This document shows, piece after piece, positions 49,701 to 59,678 of a DNA stretch of 64,000 bases. Position numbers and translations under genes: made by a program. Position 1 is the stretch's first letter, and every line of letters begins with the position of its first letter. The notes under the pieces were generated by a model. That model made no database searches. It saw only the letters and a list, made by a program, of their open reading frames with translations, and was not told the origin of the DNA. This stretch comes from an uncultured Clostridia bacterium (GTDB lineage: Bacteria; Acidobacteriota; Blastocatellia; UBA7656): contig CAZTUB010000014.1 in assembly GCA_964615905.1 (NCBI GenBank), positions 88,057 through 152,056 on the forward strand. Direction: 5' to 3'.

Positions 49701-50063
49701 CGCTTTGCCGCGCGCATCGAAGACGGCGTTCCGGTCGATCCGCAGGGGACGCCGCTGCTTGAGCTTGCGGAGCTGCCCGAAGGGACTCGGCTTGGCGGCG
49801 ACTCGGTCATCTCGCAAGATATTCGCCTGACAAAGGCGTTTCGTATGGGCGAATCGAGGAGGCTCGATCTTATCGCCGAGGTGTTCAACGTGTTTAACGT
49901 CGCGAACCTCACGGACGTAAACGACACGGTCATCCCGACCAGGGAAGCCTCTTCGGAAGGAGGCTTCGTGTTCAACTCATTCCGCCCGACCGCGCGCACA
50001 AACTCCGTGTTCGGAACGGGCGGGCCGCGCGCCTTCCAGTTCGCGTTGAAGTTCACCTTCTAA
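46788..50063 (+). CDS. TonB-dependent outer-membrane receptor, CarbopepD_reg_2 type, copy 3
   Basis: RBS AGGAGG precedes the ATG at 46788. CarbopepD motif: GAIEGLITDPQGAIVANAEVTA...GSDGRYRIGQLPPGRYELRV. Plug motif: LPLNGRNFLDL. Confidence 0.85.
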   Translation: MIVKFKKVLVSFLSLAMIFTSLAPALAAQEPTGAIEGLITDPQGAIVANAEVTARNVSTNLSRTTNTGSDGRYRIGQLPPGRYELRVSYKGFKSSVVTDVEVLVGANLPLDLALEVGGATETVTVAGGGEAQIDRTDNTVSGVVGTVQIENLPLNGRNFLDLAQLQPGTETVAGGSFDPTKANYTGVSIGGQAGRSTQITVDGGSVVDNVVGTTTQNFSQEIVQEFQVGISNFDLSTGASASGAVNIISKSGSNNFHGNAYVYWRDEKFAAFPALSRLDAANGVDPAARTDEIPFDREQLGATFGGPIKRDKLFFFANAEYNNQDAVALHILPSYAPGFSGFTGNPFNELLLTGKVDWVVNDKTSMLFRYSHNHNDQQVPFSPGSGIVPRDSASGIFTSNDQIVENRSDGFVIGITRSLTSNLVNDLRYNFNDFHNFVGAATENTPELRIFNSATDQQFRTGTNSIAPQVTDQSRNQIRDDLTWTRGAHTVRLGGNWERTSITGTFVFSNPVRIRIFGPASGGPAVLQTEEQFLDAPVRDLSYGIGDATLPFNTEEDATINHRFQFYGNDSWKVTNNFTLNYGVAYRIDSNLWNHDLRRPASIAPLFTGGTEAPGRDTNNIAPRIGFAWDLTGKGRTVVRGGFGMYYDTTIDNLRLFERADLGPPGAQLFLVGFDVASDLLPGGDGRFGTSPTGATGFLTLRDALALSPAVRADLERTFSQCTLPTSIECGMLRGISPSGPIFSTDFEVPYSLQYSIGIQKELPANMVFQADFNYRKGVHELLTYDANFNDSVDAQGNPTPVLDIGVSVPYADSSAFSTYKALLLRLDRRFSNGFQLTGSYSLSRLKAFGNDALGLADGIVTDRNNFRADFGPAGLDRTHRLVVSGLWALPFFQDSTGFKKALLADWTVSFISTAFSGLPQSAQLPDDIDINGSGAFFSYLPGTGNGSIGRDIRSVSELNALIRDYNANRARFAARIEDGVPVDPQGTPLLELAELPEGTRLGGDSVISQDIRLTKAFRMGESRRLDLIAEVFNVFNVANLTDVNDTVIPTREASSEGGFVFNSFRPTARTNSVFGTGGPRAFQFALKFTF

Positions 50064-50093
50064 CCGGACACGGAAAACGCGGTCTCGGAAAAA

Positions 50094-50125
50094 GGCGGGT
50101 AGGCGACAGGCTTACCCGCCTTTTT
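50094..50125 (+). terminator. Rho-independent terminator after TBDR copy 3
   Basis: AGGCGGGTA-GGCGACAGGC-TTACCCGCCT followed by TTTTT. A tandem 13-mer repeat follows. Confidence 0.55.
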
Positions 50126-50350
50126 ACCTGCCCTTTTTACCTGCCCTTTTTACCTGCCCGCTTTACCATCTCTCTTTATTGGCCCGCTAGTCCGCAATAA
50201 AATCCTAACATCTCGTTAATATTAATTTCTTCCCGCGCCGACCGCCTGGCTGTTAAAATTTAACCGCAAAACACTAGTGGCACATCTACTGCCAGTTGGA
50301 ATTGGTGCCCTGGAACCCCTCAGAATTATTTTGTTAGGAGACTATGAGGT

Positions 50351-51682
50351 ATGAAGAGCTATGTGCGCAATCGTGCGCTCGCGGTATTTACTTTTTTGAT
50401 GATTATAGGGTTCACCCCTGCGGATTCGTTTGCGCAGGCCAGCTCGGCTGACCGCGACAGGGGCCGGACTATGCTCAGGACCGTGAAAGAGGAGATAAAG
50501 AAAAACTACTACGACCCGCAGTATCACGGCATCGATATTGAGACGCGTTTTAAGGCGGCCGAGCAGAAGATAAACGAGGCCGAGTCGATGGGCCAGATCT
50601 TCGGGATCATAGCGCAGGCGGCGCTCGACCTGAACGACTCGCACACATATTTCATGCCGCCCCAGCGCGCCGCGCGCATCGATTATGGCTGGCAGATGCA
50701 GATGATAGGCAGCGAGTGTTACGTTGTCGCCATAAAGCCGGGAAGCGACGCCGAAGCGAAAGGGCTGAAGCTCGGCGACCGGGTGCTGGCTGTCAACGGC
50801 AACGAGCCCGCACGCGAGAACCTGTGGAAGATGAGCTATCTGTATTACACGCTCAGACCGCAGCCCGGCCTGCGCGTGGTGGTCCAGAGCCCCGGCGGCC
50901 CTGAGCGCCAGCTCGACCTGATGGCTAAGGTCACGCAGACCAAGCGAGTCCGCGACCTGACAGGGTCGGATCAGGGCAACGATATAAGCGACCTTATCAG
51001 GGAGGCCGAAAACGAGGACCGCTTGAACGCGCATCGCTATTACGAGATGAAGCCCGACGTCTTTATCTGGAAGATGCCGCAGTTCGACATGAGCGAAGGC
51101 GATGTTGACTCGATGATGGAGAAGGTCAGAAAACACAAGGCGCTGATACTCGACCTGCGCGGAAACGGCGGCGGGTACATATTGACGCTACAGCGTCTGA
51201 TCGGCAACCTGTTTGACCGCGACGTCAAGATAGGGGACATGAAGCGCCGCAAAGAGATCAAGCCTCTGCTGGCAAAGACGCGCGGCGACAAAGCCTTTAA
51301 AGGAAAGCTCGTCGTGCTTGTCGACAGCAAATCAGGCTCAGCCTCAGAGCTGCTGGCGCGAGTCGTGCAGCTTGAAAAGCGCGGGACGGTGATAGGCGAC
51401 CGCACATCGGGCTCGGTCATGGTAAGCAAGAGCCACTCGCAGCAACTCGGCGTTGACGTAGTGAGCTTCTACGCCGTGAGCGTCACCGACGCCGATGTGA
51501 TCATGACGGACGGTAAGAGCCTGGAACACGTCGGCGTAACGCCCGACGAGCTGCTGCTGCCTAAGGCTACGGCCCTCGCCGCAGAACTCGACGTCGTGCT
51601 CGCTCGCGCCGCCGAGCTTGTCGGCCTGGAACTGGGCGCTGAACAGGCGGGCGCGATGTTCCCGGTCGAGTGGAGAAAATAA
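50351..51682 (+). CDS. S41-family C-terminal-processing peptidase (PDZ plus S41)
   Basis: After the signal peptide comes a PDZ domain (GLKLGDRVLAVNG), the S41 core (LILDLRGNGGGY), and the catalytic Ser region (VLVDSKSGSASE). Confidence 0.85.
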   Translation: MKSYVRNRALAVFTFLMIIGFTPADSFAQASSADRDRGRTMLRTVKEEIKKNYYDPQYHGIDIETRFKAAEQKINEAESMGQIFGIIAQAALDLNDSHTYFMPPQRAARIDYGWQMQMIGSECYVVAIKPGSDAEAKGLKLGDRVLAVNGNEPARENLWKMSYLYYTLRPQPGLRVVVQSPGGPERQLDLMAKVTQTKRVRDLTGSDQGNDISDLIREAENEDRLNAHRYYEMKPDVFIWKMPQFDMSEGDVDSMMEKVRKHKALILDLRGNGGGYILTLQRLIGNLFDRDVKIGDMKRRKEIKPLLAKTRGDKAFKGKLVVLVDSKSGSASELLARVVQLEKRGTVIGDRTSGSVMVSKSHSQQLGVDVVSFYAVSVTDADVIMTDGKSLEHVGVTPDELLLPKATALAAELDVVLARAAELVGLELGAEQAGAMFPVEWRK

Positions 51683-51688
51683 GGGAAG

Positions 51689-51788
51689 GTGACAAGTGAC
51701 AAGTGACGAGTGACAAGAAGGAGTCGATACTGTTTGGCTCTTGTCTATATCTTGTCACTCGTCACTTGTCACTGTTTACTGTTCACGG
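51689..51788. repeat. Hairpin repeat family copy E (GTGACAAGTGACAAGTGACGAGTGACAAG arms)
   Basis: A 22-bp perfect complement (51696-51717 and 51751-51772), plus flanking heptamer units. It sits exactly between the convergent S41 peptidase and BNR protein stops. Confidence 0.8.
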
Positions 51789-54700
51789 CTTAAGCGTTTG
51801 GACGCCGCTTTCGCGGAGCCGGTTGTTCAGGCTCGACGCCGCTTCGATAACGCGGTTCCACTCATCGACAATCGATCTAAGCTCTTTGGCCAGCTCGTCC
51901 ATCCGTTCCGTCTGGTCGGCGGTTGGCGCGGCGGTATAGCTGTCGAACGTTCCCGCAAGCTGGCCGAGCCGCGCGATCAACGGTCGCGGTGTCCCCGGTA
52001 ACGGCGGTCCCGCGCTGCCGGAAGTGTTTAGGACGGGGATGAGCTTTCGCTGCGCCGCGTCGATCTTCGCGTCCAGCTCTTTCACCTCGTCAATCAACGA
52101 CTGCGAAACGCCAGCCTTCTTCTTGAGCGCATCCTGAACCGCGCTCGTCTGTGACTTCAGGTTCTGCATGGAGCGGCGTGTGGCGTCGGCGCTCTTTTGA
52201 AGCTCATACGTCTTGATCGAAGCGTCTTGCCATCTTGCGCGGTCAGCGGCGCTGATCCTGATGCGCGGGTCGTCTTCTACGCGCACAGTCTTTGAGACAT
52301 GATTTTCGCCCACGCTTATTCTGATTGTGTATTCGCCCGGTTGTACGCGCGGCCCTCGCGGTATAAACCCGCCGCCGCCGCCGCCCTGCCCCTGCTGAGG
52401 CGGAACGGGCTGCCCGTGTCTCAAATCCCAACCCATGCGGTTAATCCCCGCCTCTTTTACGCCCGGCCCTTCGCGCACGACCTTCCCGCTCTTATCGAGG
52501 ATCGTGACTTTGACCTCTCCGGCGGGCTTTGACTTGAGGTAGTAAGCGATCACGGCATTGTAAGGCGGGTTGGGAGCCGCGAAGTATTTGTGGCCCGTGC
52601 TGCCCTTTCGACTGAAAAGCCTGAACTGGGTGGCGGGCCTCATATCAAACAGGTGGAGATCGGATGCGAGCACCTCTTCGGTCATCTGTTCGAGCGCGGT
52701 GATGTCGTCGAGCACCCAGATCGACCGCCCGTGTGTGCCGAGCACAAGGTCGTTTTCGCGCGGGTGAATCTGTATGTCGTCTACTCTTACAAGCGGCAGG
52801 TTCCCCTTCAATCTAGTCCACCGGCCGCCCCTATCGAACGAAACGAATGCGCCAAGCTCCGTTCCCAAAAAGAGCAGGTTCGGGTTGCGCGGGTGCTCGC
52901 GCAGCACTCGCGCGGTTGCGCCTTTTGGCAGATCGCTCTTTATCGACTTCCACGTCTCGCCGTAATCGGTAGTCACAAAGACGTATGTGTTGTAGTCGTC
53001 CGCGCGATGGCCGTCAAAAGTCACGTAGACGGTCGCTTCCGCGTGGACAGACGGAGTGACGCGGCTGACGTACGTCTGGTCGGGGAGGCCGGAGATTTTA
53101 CCCGTGACGTTCTTCCAGGACTTTCCCCCGTCGCGAGAGACCTGCACGTTGCCGTCGTCGGTCCCCGCATAAAGCAGACCTTCTTTGATTAGAGATTCGG
53201 CGAGCGTGACGACTTGCCCGTATGTCTCCTGCCCGTCGTGACGCGACAGCATGTTCTGATCCGGGAGCGCTCCCAGGATCGGCAAACGGTCGCGTTGCAG
53301 GTCGCGCGAAAGGTCCGCGCTCACCTGAGACCAGCTATCGCCTCGATCCGTCGATTTAAAGACACGGTTGCCGCCGAAATAGATCGTTCTGTTGTTATGA
53401 GGCGAGATCAATACGGGCGAGTTCCAGTCGAAGCGATAAGGCTTTTCGCCGTCGCGGGCCTGCGGGCGTATGAACTTTCGCTCGCCTGTCCTCAGCTCAA
53501 GCCGCGAAAGCGACCCGCCCTGCGACTCTACGTAGAGGACTTCAGGGTCTGTCGGGTCTACCTGCACATAAAACCCGTCGCCGCCGCCTATCCTGAACCA
53601 ATCATCGTTGGTCACGCCTTCCGCGTTGAGCGTGCCCGCAGGGCCTGCCCAGCTTCCGTTGTCCTGCAACCCGCCGTAGACCCAGTAAGGCTTACGGTTA
53701 TCGAGCGTTATCTCGTAGAACTGGCCGAGCGGTATCGTGTTGACGAAATCCCACGTGCGACCGCGATCATACGAAAAGTGTATGCCGCCGTCGCTCCCCA
53801 GTATCATGTGGTCAGAGTTCGCAGGGTTTATCCACATCGCGTGATAGTCGCCGTGGATTCGCGTGACGACGTTCGTCGCGAAGGTCTTGCCGCCGTCTTC
53901 CGACGTGAACATATTCGCGCCGAGCACCCAGATGCGCTGGTCGTTTTTCGGGTCGATGCGAACCTTGCTGTAGTACATCGGGCGCGGGTTCACGCTGCTC
54001 ATCTGCCGCCAGGTCGCGCCTTTATCTTCGGAGCGGAACAGGCCGCCTTTTGCGTTCTCGATTGTCGCGTAAACGATGTCAGGGTTTGCGCGGTAGACGT
54101 CGATGCCGATGCGGCCGGTCACGCCCTCTGGAAGTCCCTGCGTGAGCCGCGTCCAGTTTGCGCCGCCGTCGGTGGTCTTGTAGAGCGCGCTGTGAGGGCC
54201 GCCGCCGTTGAAACCGTAAGGCGTGCGGCGGCGCTGGTAGGCTGCCGCATAAAGCGTGAGCGGGTTTTTGTGATCCATGGCCACGTCGATCACGCCCGTG
54301 TCTTCATTGATAAAGAGAACGTTGGCCCAGCTCTTGCCGCCGTCCGTAGTCTTGAAAAGGCCGCGCTCTTTGTTCGGCCCCCAGAGGTGGCCCGCCGCCG
54401 CGACGTATACGACGTTCGCGTCGTTCGGGTCTATTGAGATGCGGCCGATGTGTTTGGTGTCGGCGAGCCCCATGTTCTGCCAGGTCTTGCCCGCGTCGAG
54501 CGAGCGATAGACGCCGTCGCCCCACGAAGACGATTGCCGGTTGTTAGGCTCGCCGGTCCCTACCCACACGACGTTCGGGTTCGAAGGCGCGACCGTCACG
54601 TCGCCTATCGACACCGAAGATTGTTCGTCGAAGATGGGGGCCCAGGTCGTTCCGTTGTTGGTCGTCTTCCAGACGCCGCCGGTCGCCACGCCCGCGTATA

Positions 54701-54924
54701 TGATATGAGGGTTCGTTTCGACAACGGCGAAGTCGTCTATGCGCCCGCCCATGTTCGCGGGCCCAATCGAACGCCATTGAAGGTTTTTGAGGGCCGTCTC
54801 TTCAACTCTGCCGTTCCCGTTTTGAGCCGAAACCGCAGTCGCCAACAGGGCCACAGCTAACAAAACAATGCGCAGCCGGCGCAATATGCCTGACCCGATC
54901 AAGCTCGCTTGTAATGATCTCATC
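51783..54924 (-). CDS. Secreted BNR/Asp-box repeat protein (sortilin-VPS10 / xyloglucanase-like beta-propellers)
   Basis: At least ten Asp-box motifs are present (SLDAGKTW, TTDGGKSW, TTDGGANW, SEDKGATW, SYDRGRTW, STDRGDSW, SRDGGKSW, TTDYGETW, ...). The start is taken at MRSLQAS (54924) because a signal peptide follows it. Confidence 0.8.
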
Positions 54925-55092
54925 GCGTCTCCGAAATCCTTTATATTTATCCACTGGTCGGGGAAGGAAGGTCGCGGGCAAATTATCATCGCCTCAAAGG
55001 GCCAGTCAAGGCAGCCTCCATTTAGAAATGCGCCGACACTATAAGGCCGACACTACCGGCGGCAAGCAATGAAAAGATAGGCTGTCGCGCAG

Positions 55093-55872
55093 CTAGGGTT
55101 TACACCCCGGCGGCTCGTGGTCATCGCTCCTCGACCCGTCGGGACATCTGGTGTTGGACCAGATGACGCCTTTGAGGTTCGCGCCGCTCAGGTCTGCTTC
55201 GTCCAGATTGGCGTCTGTCAGGTTTGTGCCCGCAAGGTTTGCGTTTATCAGCCTTGCAAAAGTCAGGTTAGCGCCGGAGAGGTTCGCGCCGCTCAGGTTG
55301 GCGTCGCTAAGATTGGCGCTGCTCAGGTTTATGCCGGAGAGGTTTGCGCCGCTCAGATCAAAGCCGTGGAGATTCAGAAAAGAGAGGTTTGTCCCATCCA
55401 GGCTGCCTGCGCTCTTCAACTGTGGAGCGGTTAGCCCGGTGACGTTTTGCAGCGAGGAATGGCTCAGGTCCGTATTGGTCAGATTGGCGTTTGTCAGGTC
55501 GGCCTCGTACAGACTGCAAACGCTCAAGTCGAGCCCGCTCAGGTTGGCCCCGCTCAGGTTGAGTCCCGTGAGGCTGACGCTGCGCAGGTCGGTTTCGGTC
55601 AGGTCCGCGCCGTCGAATTTCGCGCGATTAAGAGTAGCACCAAACAAGACGGCGCGGTTCAGGTTGGCCCCGCTCAGGTCGGCGTCACCTAGGGAAGCGC
55701 CGGTCAGGTTAGCGCCCTTGAGGTTGGCCTTCTTGAGGTTCGCGCGGCGCAGGTGCGTGCCGGCCAGCATGGCCCCCTCCAGGTTCGCGTTTTGAAGGTC
55801 GGCGTTATCCTTAAAACAACCTTCCCAGTTTACCTTCGGGGCTGCTGGGGCGTTGCAATCACGTTTGTCCAT
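55093..55872 (-). CDS. Pentapeptide-repeat protein
   Basis: It has long runs of A(N/D)L(S/T)xA(N/D)L pentapeptides. RBS AAGGAGAAGG precedes the ATG at 55872 (MDKRDC...). The track's start at 55941 lacks an RBS. Confidence 0.8.
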   Translation of the reverse strand: MDKRDCNAPAAPKVNWEGCFKDNADLQNANLEGAMLAGTHLRRANLKKANLKGANLTGASLGDADLSGANLNRAVLFGATLNRAKFDGADLTETDLRSVSLTGLNLSGANLSGLDLSVCSLYEADLTNANLTNTDLSHSSLQNVTGLTAPQLKSAGSLDGTNLSFLNLHGFDLSGANLSGINLSSANLSDANLSGANLSGANLTFARLINANLAGTNLTDANLDEADLSGANLKGVIWSNTRCPDGSRSDDHEPPGCKP

Positions 55873-56073
55873 ACCTTCTCCTTTCGTTTGTGAGTAATCG
55901 CAACTTCGGGCCTTTGTCATTCGGATTACGCGAGTATACAAATTGACGCTGAACGAGTAAAGATGGAAATCCGCGTGCGGTCACTTTGCTCTTCGGCGAG
56001 GGCTGGCTGACGACTGGCTGACGACTGGCCGCCGCTATCTGCTATACTGGTCGCCGGTGCACCCGGAGGTCCG

Positions 56074-58425
56074 ATGGCTGAAGATAAAAGCTCTGATGAC
56101 CGAACGCGCGAGCTTACAGAGCGCATAGATTATCTGGAGTCGATAGTGCGCGAGCAGGTGGCGCGGCTCTACGCGCTTGAGCGGCGGATCGGGCTTCCTA
56201 TAAATCCACCGGCTCTTGAGCCTCAAAGACCGCAGACCCAGACTCCGGTTCCGTCACGGCCCGCGCTGCCGTCTCAGCCTGCCCCGTCTTTGACTTCGCC
56301 CGCTGTGCCTGCGCAAACTATGCCCCCGGCTCGCGAGGCTCAAGCCTACGGCGCGAGCGCGCAGCCGTCGGCCAAACCACCTCGCGCAAGCCTGGAAGCG
56401 CGGATCGGAGGCAACTGGTTTAACCGTATAGGCATGCTCGCTATCGCGCTCGGCGTTGGGTTCTTTCTCAAGTACGCCTTTGACAACGAGTGGATAGGCC
56501 CGGCGGGGCGTGTCTCGATAGGTCTGTTTATCGGCGCGGGCTTTTTGGCAGGCGGCGAGCTTTTGCGCAAGCGCGGCTACACGAGCTACGCGGCGGGGCT
56601 TTCGGGCGGCGGCATCCTGATACTCTACCTCTCAATCTTTGCGGCGTTCTCGTTCTACCAGTTGATAGGGCAACTGCCCGCTTTCATATTGATGGCCGCC
56701 GTAACGGCGACCGCCGCGCTGCTCTCTGCCAGGTACAACGCGCTGCCCATAGCGATACTGGGACTCATCGGCGGATTTCTGACACCCATACTGCTTTCGA
56801 CAGGGGTCGATAATCAGGTCGGATTGTTCGGCTACATCGCGCTCCTGAACGCGGGCGTGCTCGCGCTTGCCTACAGCAAGCACTGGCGCAGCCTGAACTA
56901 CCTCGCGTTCGGCGCGACGGTGCTGATGTTCGCAGGGTGGATGCTCGAATGGTACGAGCGCGAAAAGCTCGCGCCGACCATGTTCTTTCTCACGCTCTTC
57001 TTTGTCATCTTTGCTCTGCTCGCGATCCTCTATAACGTCATAAACCGGCGGCAGACGACCTGGCTCGACCTGCTGCTCACGCTCGCAAACGCGCTGCTCT
57101 ATTTCTCGACAAGCTACGTGCTGCTCGACGAATCGTACAGAGGCGTGCTCGGCGCGTTCGCGGTCCTGATGGCGGTCTTTTACCTGGGGCTCGGCTATTT
57201 CACATACAACCGCGACCGCGAAGACCAGCTGCTGATCTATACGTTTCTTGGGCTGGCGTTTCTGTTCCTGGTGCTCGCAGTCCCGATTCAATTCGACCAG
57301 CAGTGGGTGACGATGGGCTGGGCGGTCGAAGGCGCTGTGCTCACCTGGGTCGGCCTTAAAGCCGCCGACCGCACGTCGCGGTACGCCTCGCTCGTGGTCT
57401 TTGCCATAGCCGCCTTTCACTGGTTTGTCATAGACGCGCAGGATATTTCGCTCGGCGCGGCTACGGGCTTTTTGCCGCTCGTCAACCGTCGCGCCTTGTC
57501 GTGCGCGGTGCTGATAGCTTCGCTCGCCACCGCAGTCTGGCTCTACAACCGGTTCGCCTCGACCTCGGATACGGATGAGCAGTCATTATTCAAAGATCTC
57601 TACATGCTCTCCGCCAACGCTCTGGCCGTAACGCTGTTGAGCCTCGACGTGAACGACTATTTCAGACAGAGGGCCTACTCGCAGGGCGGCGAGTTTTCCG
57701 CCTGGTGGAGGAACCCGGTTTACGAACCAAGATACTTCATGCTCACGGCGCTGTGGGCGGTCTACGCCGCGATCATGCTCGTAATAGGCATCAAGCGAAA
57801 CCGGCCCGTGCTTCGCTACGCCGCGCTCCTGCTGCTGGGGCTTGCCGTGTCCAATTCGCTCGTCACCAACCTCCAGTTCTCCACCGCGCAATGGCATACA
57901 CCTATATTCAACCAGACCTTCGCAAGCTTTGCCTTCCTGATAGCGGCGATGGTCTGCGGCGCGTTGTTTTACTCGCAAGCGGGCGACATAAGCGAGCGCG
58001 AGCGAAACTCTATGAGGGGCGTGCTCATTGGCGCAGCCAACCTGTTTGCGATAATCGCTTTGAGCGCGGAGGTGGTCGGGCATTTCGACAGGCAGAGTTT
58101 GGCCGCGATAAACGATACAACCGCGCTGCGAGATTTAGAGCTGGCAAAGCAGCTCTCGCTTTCGATGATCTGGATGATCTACGGCGGCGTGATGCTGACG
58201 CTCGGCATAATTCGCGGCAACGCGCTGCTCAGGTGGATGGCGCTCGCGCTTCTGGGGCTGACGATTGGCAAAGTTTTTCTCATAGACCTCGCCTCGCTCG
58301 ACAGGTTCTACCGAATCGTCTCGTTTATAGTTCTCGGAGCAATACTGCTTGGGGTCTCGTTCCTCTACCAGCGGCTGCGCCAGCGGGCAGCCGAGACTGA
58401 AGCAGGCGACGACGCCGTTGGCTGA
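56074..58425 (+). CDS. DUF2339-type integral membrane protein (N-terminal coiled-coil plus Pro-rich linker plus about 20 TM helices)
   Basis: RBS GGAGGT precedes the ATG. The N-terminal coiled-coil is RTRELTERIDYLESIVREQVARLYALE, followed by a Pro/Ala-rich segment and then many hydrophobic helices typical of DUF2339. Confidence 0.75.
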   Translation: MAEDKSSDDRTRELTERIDYLESIVREQVARLYALERRIGLPINPPALEPQRPQTQTPVPSRPALPSQPAPSLTSPAVPAQTMPPAREAQAYGASAQPSAKPPRASLEARIGGNWFNRIGMLAIALGVGFFLKYAFDNEWIGPAGRVSIGLFIGAGFLAGGELLRKRGYTSYAAGLSGGGILILYLSIFAAFSFYQLIGQLPAFILMAAVTATAALLSARYNALPIAILGLIGGFLTPILLSTGVDNQVGLFGYIALLNAGVLALAYSKHWRSLNYLAFGATVLMFAGWMLEWYEREKLAPTMFFLTLFFVIFALLAILYNVINRRQTTWLDLLLTLANALLYFSTSYVLLDESYRGVLGAFAVLMAVFYLGLGYFTYNRDREDQLLIYTFLGLAFLFLVLAVPIQFDQQWVTMGWAVEGAVLTWVGLKAADRTSRYASLVVFAIAAFHWFVIDAQDISLGAATGFLPLVNRRALSCAVLIASLATAVWLYNRFASTSDTDEQSLFKDLYMLSANALAVTLLSLDVNDYFRQRAYSQGGEFSAWWRNPVYEPRYFMLTALWAVYAAIMLVIGIKRNRPVLRYAALLLLGLAVSNSLVTNLQFSTAQWHTPIFNQTFASFAFLIAAMVCGALFYSQAGDISERERNSMRGVLIGAANLFAIIALSAEVVGHFDRQSLAAINDTTALRDLELAKQLSLSMIWMIYGGVMLTLGIIRGNALLRWMALALLGLTIGKVFLIDLASLDRFYRIVSFIVLGAILLGVSFLYQRLRQRAAETEAGDDAVG

Positions 58426-58508
58426 GACGCGAGGTTGCGTTCACGGCCCACGGGGCAGATAATTACCGGCTTGGCCGGTGAGTGACGGATACACAGAAAG
58501 GCGGAAAG

Positions 58509-59669
58509 ATGAGCACAAACCCACTTGTTGAACTGACAAGGCTAGGCCAGTCAATCTGGTATGACAACATCGAACGGCGGCTAATCACTTCGGGCGAGCT
58601 GAAGCGCCTGATCGACGAAGACGAGCTGCGCGGCGTCACGTCGAATCCTGCGATTTTCGAGAAAGCCATCAGCGGCTCGGACGAGTACACCGGTCAGCTG
58701 ACAGAGCTGGTCGGGCAGGGAAAAGAGGCCACAGAGATTTACGAAGCGCTCGCGGTGCGCGACATACAGAGCGCCTGTGACCTGTTTGCCGAAGTCTATG
58801 ACCGCACAGACGGGCTAGACGGGTTTGTCAGCCTCGAATGCTCGCCCGTGCTCGCAAACGACACCGACGCGACTATCGAAGAGGCGCGGCGGCTGTGGCA
58901 TATGGTCGACCGCAAGAACGCGATGATAAAGATACCCGGCACGCCCGAAGGGGGTCCGGCGATAGAGCAATGCATATACGAGGGGATAAACATCAACATC
59001 ACGCTCCTGTTCTCGCTCGAAAGCTACGAGCAGACAATCGAAGCATACCTCAAGGGGCTTGAGCGCCGCGTACGTGAAGGTAAGCCTGTAGATAATATCT
59101 CGTCGGTCGCGAGCTTTTTTGTCAGCCGTATAGACACGGCGGTCGATAAGCGCGTCGAAGAGTTAATCAGCCGCGCCACGGACGAGCAGGAGAAAGAGCG
59201 GCTGCGCTCCATACTCGGTCGCGTGGCAATCGCCAACGCGAAGATGGCTTACCAGCGATACAAAGAGGTCTTTCACGGCGAGCGGTTCGCGAGCCTCGGC
59301 GCAAGCGGCGCGCGCGTCCAGCGGCCGCTGTGGGCGTCGACCTCGACCAAGAATCCCGCTTACCCTGACATCTACTACGTCGATGCGCTGATGGGCCCCG
59401 AAACGGTCAACACATTGCCGCCCGCCACCTTCGCGGCGTTCCGCGACCACGGGCGCGCGCGAGTCACTATCGAAGACAAGCTAGACGAAGAGCGCGAGGT
59501 GCTCGAACGGCTCGAACAGTCCGGCATAAGCCTCGACGAGGTCACGCGGCAGGTTCTCGCCGACGGCGTCAGGCTTTTTGTCGAGCCGTTCGAGAAGTTG
59601 CTCGCGGCAATCGAAAAACGGCGCGGCGAGCTTTCCGCTTCTCCGGGCGTGTCGCAGGCGGTTCAATAA
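58509..59669 (+). CDS. tal: Transaldolase
   Basis: Transaldolase motifs are present (LGQSIWYDNI, GVTSNPAIFEKAI, and the Schiff-base Lys region IKIPGTPEG). RBS precedes the ATG at 58509. Confidence 0.9.
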   Translation: MSTNPLVELTRLGQSIWYDNIERRLITSGELKRLIDEDELRGVTSNPAIFEKAISGSDEYTGQLTELVGQGKEATEIYEALAVRDIQSACDLFAEVYDRTDGLDGFVSLECSPVLANDTDATIEEARRLWHMVDRKNAMIKIPGTPEGGPAIEQCIYEGININITLLFSLESYEQTIEAYLKGLERRVREGKPVDNISSVASFFVSRIDTAVDKRVEELISRATDEQEKERLRSILGRVAIANAKMAYQRYKEVFHGERFASLGASGARVQRPLWASTSTKNPAYPDIYYVDALMGPETVNTLPPATFAAFRDHGRARVTIEDKLDEEREVLERLEQSGISLDEVTRQVLADGVRLFVEPFEKLLAAIEKRRGELSASPGVSQAVQ

Positions 59670-59678
59670 GGATGAGCA

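Noticed and set aside
56220-56400. A Pro-rich low-complexity segment.
   Set aside because: It is a linker inside the DUF2339 protein and is in-frame coding.
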